Positions 28,581 to 34,166 of a stretch of 34,166 nucleotides of DNA are shown piece by piece (the stretch's first letter is position 1; each line of letters opens with the position of its first letter). Location of the stretch: sequence record SRR9188677_231; one strand, 5' to 3'. Below the pieces are notes generated by a model. It searched no databases. It was given only the letters and a program-made list of their open reading frames with translations, and was not told the DNA's origin. Both the position numbers and the translations under genes were made by a program.

Positions 28581-30644
28581 ATGCCGCATCAAAAAACAAT
28601 TGTCAGTCTGCTGGCAATGATATTACTACCTGCCGTATCGGTATCAGCGGAGGAAATAGAAGTACCAGAAAAAATTAAAGACAGCAGCCGACAAAAAAGC
28701 AAAGCCAAAGAGCCGGTTAACATTGAACTGGATAGCGTGATCGTTCTCGGTAAAAAAGAGCAGGTCTCTGCCACTGATAAAAGCCTCGCCGGTTCTGTTG
28801 ATGTCATCACCCGCGATGAACTTGAATATGAACATGTAACCGATACGCTGGAATTATTCAGTAAAACGCCAGGTGTGGTTCTCTCACGCTACAGCCAGGG
28901 CATAGTGAATACCGAAATCTCTATCCGCGGCTTTAGCGGTGACGGCGAAACACCGAATGCCAAATTGCTGGTTGATGGTATCCCTTCCAATTTATTTTCC
29001 GGATTGAGCGAGCTGGATTACCTGTTCCCGACCAATATCCAGAATATCCAGGTATTTAAAGGGACTAGTGATGCCACCACTGGTTTGTTCGCGACTGCCG
29101 GTAACTATAAGGTCGAAACGCGCAAGGACACCGGCAAGCAATTGCAATTTGGCTATGGCAGTTTTCAAACGCGCGAAATGCAAGGCTATTATGGCGAAAA
29201 ACAAGGCGATTTCACACAAAACTATGCGATGGGCTACCGTAAAGGCAACGGATTCCGGGACCATACCGAGAATGAGAAAATTGCCTTATCCGGCCGCTGG
29301 CAATTGGATTTTGACCAATCCACCCTTGCCTTAAGTGCCAAATACGGCAAATACAACTCACCGGAAGCGCCTGGCTATATGCCAAAAGCGCAGGCTCGTT
29401 CCAACAGAACCGGCGTAGCGCCGAATGCGCTGAACGATAGTGGTGAGAAAGAATTCAAGCATTTAAGTCTGCATTACGACTATTTCTTTGATAATGATGT
29501 GGATGTTAGCCTCAAGGGTTACTGGCAGAATTTTGACCGTGAGCGGGTTGTGCGTTTTGTTAACTCAGTTCAAGAAAATAGATTTGATGATCAAACTTCC
29601 ACTGGTCTCATTGCCAAACTCAACTGGAAAATCAATCCACAGTGGGCATTTGAAACAGGCTACGATATTGAACATCAGGCTGTAAACGAATTTCGTTACC
29701 GTCCTAGCAATGGACAAATCCGCCGCGATGCCACCTATGATTTTAATGCACAGGGTGTCTACGCAAAATTTGAGAATACACCTTTAGACTGGTTGCGCTG
29801 GAATATTGCCTATCGAGTGGATCGTCTTAGCAGCGATCCCAAAAACACATTTATTTCAAACGATATTACACTCAGAACAAACATGCTGGATGATCAAACC
29901 ATCGTTCAGCCTAAATTCAATATCTTTGCAAACTTGAATGAGCAACAAACTTTGTTTGTCAATGCTGGGCGCAGTTTTCAAACACCGACAGGCACTGATT
30001 TAAATTTGTTTGACAGATCAGGTACCAGGGTGCCCGTCGATGTTGCTATCAATGATGGCTGGGAACTAGGCCTGAAAAGCGCCTGGAGTAACGATCTGAA
30101 CACTCGCCTCTCATACTGGCAGCAAAAAGCTGAAAATGAGTTTATCAATATCGATGGCACCCGCCGATTACTGGGTGCAACGCGCAGGCAAGGCGTGGAT
30201 GCCAGTGTGGATTATAAGTTAAATGACTACTTAAGCTTCTGGGGTAATCTCTCTAAAGTGTATGCCAAAATTGATGAGCCGAATGCGCTTAATCCAAGCT
30301 TCCAAGGCAACACGATACGCAGTATCCCGGACCACACGGCTTCTTTAGGCCTGCAAATTACCCCAAACGCTGACTGGATTGCGCGGCTTCACATTGACCG
30401 CCAGGGCGCTTATTACGTCAACGAAAGCAATCAGGGCGGCAAATATGGCGCTTACACGCTTACTAACGCGAATGTGGATTACAAAACTAACTGGGGGCGA
30501 GTCAGTTTGCTGGCTAACAATATTTTCGATAAATATTATGAGTATGTGTATGACTTTTCATCCACAGGTGCGACTAACCAGCTGAATTTCGCCCCGGGTG
30601 CCGGCCGTAACTTTATGCTCACTGCAACTGTGGATTTCAAATGA
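28581..30644 (+). CDS. TonB-dependent outer-membrane receptor
   Basis: Signal peptide; TonB-box-like LDSVIVLG; plug motifs TPGV..SIRGF..LLVDGIP and IQVFKG; C-terminal NNIFDKYY...PGAGRNFMLTATVDFK. Confidence 0.93.
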   Translation: MPHQKTIVSLLAMILLPAVSVSAEEIEVPEKIKDSSRQKSKAKEPVNIELDSVIVLGKKEQVSATDKSLAGSVDVITRDELEYEHVTDTLELFSKTPGVVLSRYSQGIVNTEISIRGFSGDGETPNAKLLVDGIPSNLFSGLSELDYLFPTNIQNIQVFKGTSDATTGLFATAGNYKVETRKDTGKQLQFGYGSFQTREMQGYYGEKQGDFTQNYAMGYRKGNGFRDHTENEKIALSGRWQLDFDQSTLALSAKYGKYNSPEAPGYMPKAQARSNRTGVAPNALNDSGEKEFKHLSLHYDYFFDNDVDVSLKGYWQNFDRERVVRFVNSVQENRFDDQTSTGLIAKLNWKINPQWAFETGYDIEHQAVNEFRYRPSNGQIRRDATYDFNAQGVYAKFENTPLDWLRWNIAYRVDRLSSDPKNTFISNDITLRTNMLDDQTIVQPKFNIFANLNEQQTLFVNAGRSFQTPTGTDLNLFDRSGTRVPVDVAINDGWELGLKSAWSNDLNTRLSYWQQKAENEFINIDGTRRLLGATRRQGVDASVDYKLNDYLSFWGNLSKVYAKIDEPNALNPSFQGNTIRSIPDHTASLGLQITPNADWIARLHIDRQGAYYVNESNQGGKYGAYTLTNANVDYKTNWGRVSLLANNIFDKYYEYVYDFSSTGATNQLNFAPGAGRNFMLTATVDFK

Positions 30645-31351
30645 CTGCATTACTATCGATCCAGCAATTAAGCCTGCGTTTTGCCGGGCGTCAAATTTTA
30701 AACCAGCTAGACCTCAACCTGCGTGCTGGTGAAGTCGTCTCAGTGTTAGGCAGCAATGGCGCAGGTAAATCTACCCTTCTGAAAAGCATTCTTGGGTTAC
30801 AAGATGCGGCCGAGCAAACAGGTTCAATCCTGATCGCCGGTATTGCTATCGCACAAGCAAGAAATCAGGCTTTGTCGCATCTCGCATATGTGCCCGAACA
30901 ACCGGCGGTATACGGCCATCTCTCCGCGATTGAAAATATCCGTTACTTTTTAAGCCTGGGTGCCATCAGCCAGAGCATGGATATTGCAACCTGCCTAACC
31001 ATGGCTGGCTTGCCTGAGCAATCCTGGCATCGCCCTTGTAGCGAATACTCCAAAGGCATGAAACAAAAGGTGATGCTGGCATTCGCGCTGGCAAAACAGG
31101 CAAAACTCTTGTTGCTGGATGAACCCAATTCCGGACTGGACCCCCAGGCCACCGAAGAGCTGAACCAACTCATTGTGCAATGCAAAGAGCGTGGTATGGG
31201 CGTGCTGGTGGTGACGCATGACGTACTGTCTGCCATCGCCTTTTCTGATCGTTTGCTGATGCTGACCAACGGCCAGTTACAACCGGTAGCTTTGAACGAA
31301 TCAGCAATCACGCTGGATAGCCTCAAAAGACTATATCAGGGACAGGTATGA
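30641..31351 (+). CDS. ABC transporter ATP-binding protein
   Basis: Walker A GSNGAGKST, signature YSKGMKQ, Walker B LLLLDEP, H-loop VTHD; ATGA overlap with the receptor gene. Confidence 0.93.
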   Translation: MTALLSIQQLSLRFAGRQILNQLDLNLRAGEVVSVLGSNGAGKSTLLKSILGLQDAAEQTGSILIAGIAIAQARNQALSHLAYVPEQPAVYGHLSAIENIRYFLSLGAISQSMDIATCLTMAGLPEQSWHRPCSEYSKGMKQKVMLAFALAKQAKLLLLDEPNSGLDPQATEELNQLIVQCKERGMGVLVVTHDVLSAIAFSDRLLMLTNGQLQPVALNESAITLDSLKRLYQGQV

Positions 31352-32754
31352 ACTCATTGATCTGGAAAATCGCCATCAATGAATGGCGGCGCTTATGGCA
31401 TGCACGCGTTCCTGCTTTGTTATTGCTGGTATTAGTTGCTCTATGGGCGATTGCCGCACTTGCCGCCCATCATCACTGGCAAGACCATGCAAACACCGTC
31501 GCAGAAGTCACGGCACGTAGCCAGCATGACTGGCAATCGCAACCTGACCGCCATCCGCATCGCGTTTCACATTACGGTGATTTTGTCGCCAAACCAGTTC
31601 ACCCGCTCAGCGTGATCGAGCCGGGCATACTCGATCAATCCGGGCACCTGGTCTACCTTGAAGCGCACCGGTTAAATAGCGCAAATTTCAATCCGGCCAC
31701 CGAGGCCACCAGTCTTGGCCGCTTCCCATTGATTACCCCGGCCATGATTGTGCAATGGTGGATGCCGCTGTTTTTAATCATGATTGCCTATGCCACGGTC
31801 ACCGCCGATAAAATCAGTGGCATTCTCGCTTTTATGCGCGGCAACGGCACGCCTGGCTGGGCAATCGCGAGCGGAAAATGGCTGGCGTTGTTTTTGCCAC
31901 TGTTTTTCTTATTGTGTTTGCAAACCCTGTTGATCCTGGCCTGGAGCTGGCAGAGTGAGCAGGCTTTGCTCAGGTTGTCTATCCTAGCGCTCTCGCAAGC
32001 GCTTTATATCGCCGGATGGTGCCTGCTGGTCGTGGCCGTGTCGTGGTTCAGCAAGCAATTACATGGTGCGTTGCTGACCTTGCTGCTGTGCTGGGTATGT
32101 ATCTGCATTATTTTCCCGCGAGGATTAGCGAATCTGGCCCAGATTTCATACCCGACCCAACCAAGAACAGAAGCTGAATACCATGCGGAAACCAAACTGC
32201 AGGCCATAGGTGACAGCCATAATCCCAACGATCCGCATTTTGCCGCTTTTAAAGAAAGCGTACTGAAAAAATACCATGTCAGCAGTGTAGAAGATCTGCC
32301 AGTGAACTATCACGGCATATTGATGCAGGAAGGCGAACGTTTAACCACTGCTGTTTATCGTGAACAGCAAGTGCTTCACGATGCGCAACTGGCTAAACAG
32401 AATGAAAGTATCCGGCACTGGTTGTGGTTAACACCTGCATTGGCGTTGCAATATATACAGATGGCCAGCGCCGGCAATGACCTGTCGCATCACCAAGCAT
32501 TTATCAGTCAAGCAGAGGATCGCCGCTACAAATTAATTCAATACCTTAACCAGGTCCACACGTTCAAAGTCATTCAGCATGACGATAAGAACACCCGTGT
32601 ATCCGCAGATTTCTGGAAGAAAGCACCCCGTCCTCCGGTTCATTTGTCACCTATGGCCGTCAGCCGTAGCAGCATTCTGGCAGGCTTTCTCGTGTTGCTG
32701 GGTTGGATATTCATCCCGGGATGTTTGCTTTTTAAAGTGTCGCACCGCTTATGA
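31348..32754 (+). CDS. ABC-2-type permease with large His-rich periplasmic domains (DUF3526-like), subunit 1
   Basis: N-terminal WKIAINEWRRL followed by a TM; motifs RHPHRVSHYG, LEAHR and GDSHNPNDPHF; multiple TMs; ATGA overlap. Confidence 0.82.
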   Translation: MNSLIWKIAINEWRRLWHARVPALLLLVLVALWAIAALAAHHHWQDHANTVAEVTARSQHDWQSQPDRHPHRVSHYGDFVAKPVHPLSVIEPGILDQSGHLVYLEAHRLNSANFNPATEATSLGRFPLITPAMIVQWWMPLFLIMIAYATVTADKISGILAFMRGNGTPGWAIASGKWLALFLPLFFLLCLQTLLILAWSWQSEQALLRLSILALSQALYIAGWCLLVVAVSWFSKQLHGALLTLLLCWVCICIIFPRGLANLAQISYPTQPRTEAEYHAETKLQAIGDSHNPNDPHFAAFKESVLKKYHVSSVEDLPVNYHGILMQEGERLTTAVYREQQVLHDAQLAKQNESIRHWLWLTPALALQYIQMASAGNDLSHHQAFISQAEDRRYKLIQYLNQVHTFKVIQHDDKNTRVSADFWKKAPRPPVHLSPMAVSRSSILAGFLVLLGWIFIPGCLLFKVSHRL

Positions 32755-34004
32755 AACATGAACTGACTTTATTGCTCAAGCAACGCAGCATCATTATATT
32801 GCTGCTGCTAAGCCTGTTTTTGACCGGCTTTAGCCTGTTTAACGGCTGGCAAAATATCAACCACATTAACGCACAGATCAACCAGGCAAAACAGGAAGAA
32901 ATTTTGCGCAAGCAGGATTTTCTCGAACACCATAGCCATCATGGAACGCTGGACGCTGGCGAACTGGGCTACTACCTGTTCCATAATGTGTACCATAGCC
33001 CTGGCGAGTGGAGTTTTATTGCACTGGGTAACCGGTTGGTCGTTCCCTATATACAGCGCATACGTTTATTGGGCTTACAAAGCCAGCTTTACGATGGTGA
33101 ATCCCATCATCCTGAATATGTGATGCTGGGTACGTTTGATTACGCTTTCCTTCTAGTATTTTTTGCACCTTTGCTATGTATCGCCCTGATGCACGACTTA
33201 AAAGCCAGCGAGCAGCAAGCTCAAAGACTACTGTTTTTACGAAGTTTGATGACCGAGCCAAAGTTGTTTTGGGGTAACCGCGTATTATCCCGCTGGCTGC
33301 TGGTCACGCTCACATTCGTGTTGCCGCTATTGTTACTTGCTGCCACGCAAACACTTTCATTTTCGCCGTTGATACGCATACTGGCGATCACTGCCTTATA
33401 TACTTTTTTCTGGTCTGTATTATGCGCGGCCATCAGCCTGCGTAAACGCGCGCTCAACGCCAATTTCAACGCCATGCTGTTGGCTAGCATCTGGGTCATG
33501 CTCTGCGTAGTATTGCCCAATCTTTCCCAGCTGTGGCTGCATCACCATTACCCATTACAGGACGGCAGCCAGATTGCCTTGCAGCACCGGCAATGGGTAC
33601 ATGGTGCGTGGGACTTGCCCAAAGAAGACACGCTGGCGCCGTTTTATGCCCTGTATCCGCAGTGGAAAGACTCACCGCCAGTGACAGAGCGTTTTCACTG
33701 GAAATGGTATTACGCTTTCCAACATATGGCAGATGTAAAACTAGAATCACAAGTTTCCGCACGTGAACAGGCACTCAATCAACGTGACCAAGCCACTGGC
33801 TTGCTAGCCAGATTTTTGCCGACAGTATGGGTACAACGCAACCTGGAAGACATTGCACAGAGCGATGTGCCTGACCTGTTAGCACAACGGCAACGCATTA
33901 CCACGTTCCATACACATTTAAGGCACTATCTATACCCTTACCTGTTTGAGGAGAAGCCTTTTACGACTGACGCTTACATGCATCTGCCAGTGTTTGAAGA
34001 TTAG
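32751..34004 (+). CDS. ABC-2-type permease (DUF3526-like), subunit 2
   Basis: MKHELTLLL followed by a TM; motifs EHHSHHG, GTFDYAFLLVFFAPL, HGAWDLPK and FHWKWYYAFQ; ATGA overlap. Confidence 0.82.
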   Translation: MKHELTLLLKQRSIIILLLLSLFLTGFSLFNGWQNINHINAQINQAKQEEILRKQDFLEHHSHHGTLDAGELGYYLFHNVYHSPGEWSFIALGNRLVVPYIQRIRLLGLQSQLYDGESHHPEYVMLGTFDYAFLLVFFAPLLCIALMHDLKASEQQAQRLLFLRSLMTEPKLFWGNRVLSRWLLVTLTFVLPLLLLAATQTLSFSPLIRILAITALYTFFWSVLCAAISLRKRALNANFNAMLLASIWVMLCVVLPNLSQLWLHHHYPLQDGSQIALQHRQWVHGAWDLPKEDTLAPFYALYPQWKDSPPVTERFHWKWYYAFQHMADVKLESQVSAREQALNQRDQATGLLARFLPTVWVQRNLEDIAQSDVPDLLAQRQRITTFHTHLRHYLYPYLFEEKPFTTDAYMHLPVFED

Positions 34005-34029
34005 CTCGAGTAATGCATAAGCTAAAACT

Positions 34030-34056
34030 ACGTAAAATCATGAGCCTTTTTTACGT
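34030..34056. promoter_or_regulatory. Inverted repeat upstream of pqqA (possible operator or weak terminator)
   Basis: ACGTAAAA-N11-TTTTACGT. Confidence 0.35.
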
Positions 34057-34149
34057 GATCGCTTCAGGGCGATTTTGAAACAGGTGCGTATAGTGAGAGT
34101 CATACAAGTACATCGCTCAGATGCACTTAACAACCAAAAGGAGATTATC

Positions 34150-34166
34150 ATGTGGACTAAACCAGC
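34150..34166 (+). CDS. pqqA: PQQ precursor peptide PqqA, 3'-truncated by the window edge
   Basis: SD AAGGAG (34138-34143), then ATG TGG ACT AAA CCA GC = MWTKP(A), the characteristic PqqA N-terminus. The diagnostic ExxxY motif lies outside the window. Confidence 0.75.

Overview
Betaproteobacterial chromosomal segment. Gene content and the pqqA N-terminus MWTKP(A) point to a methylotroph of the Methylophilaceae type (inference). From left to right: the 3' end of a cytochrome c'; an mdtABC-OMF RND efflux operon; the conserved pabC-mltG-tmk-holB-pilZ-tatD-MBL cluster on the minus strand; an orphan Ser/Thr/Ala-rich gene behind a near-consensus sigma-28 promoter; ybaK-like and mazG-like genes; a PAS-GGDEF-EAL protein whose N-terminus is an ETR1-type ethylene-binding domain with all seven key residues; a THUMP methyltransferase, a spermidine-synthase-like gene and an RNB nuclease; selO/ydiU; a 157-bp MITE 15 bp upstream of a Fur-family (Zur-like) regulator; and a zinc-starvation island. 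The island has triple TGCAAC-N3-GTTGCA boxes, a zinc-free DksA2, a COG0523 GTPase, DUF1826, a TonB receptor and a His-rich ABC transporter with no solute-binding protein. The window ends in the first codons of a pqqA precursor peptide. Family assignments come from recognised motifs; no database searches were run.
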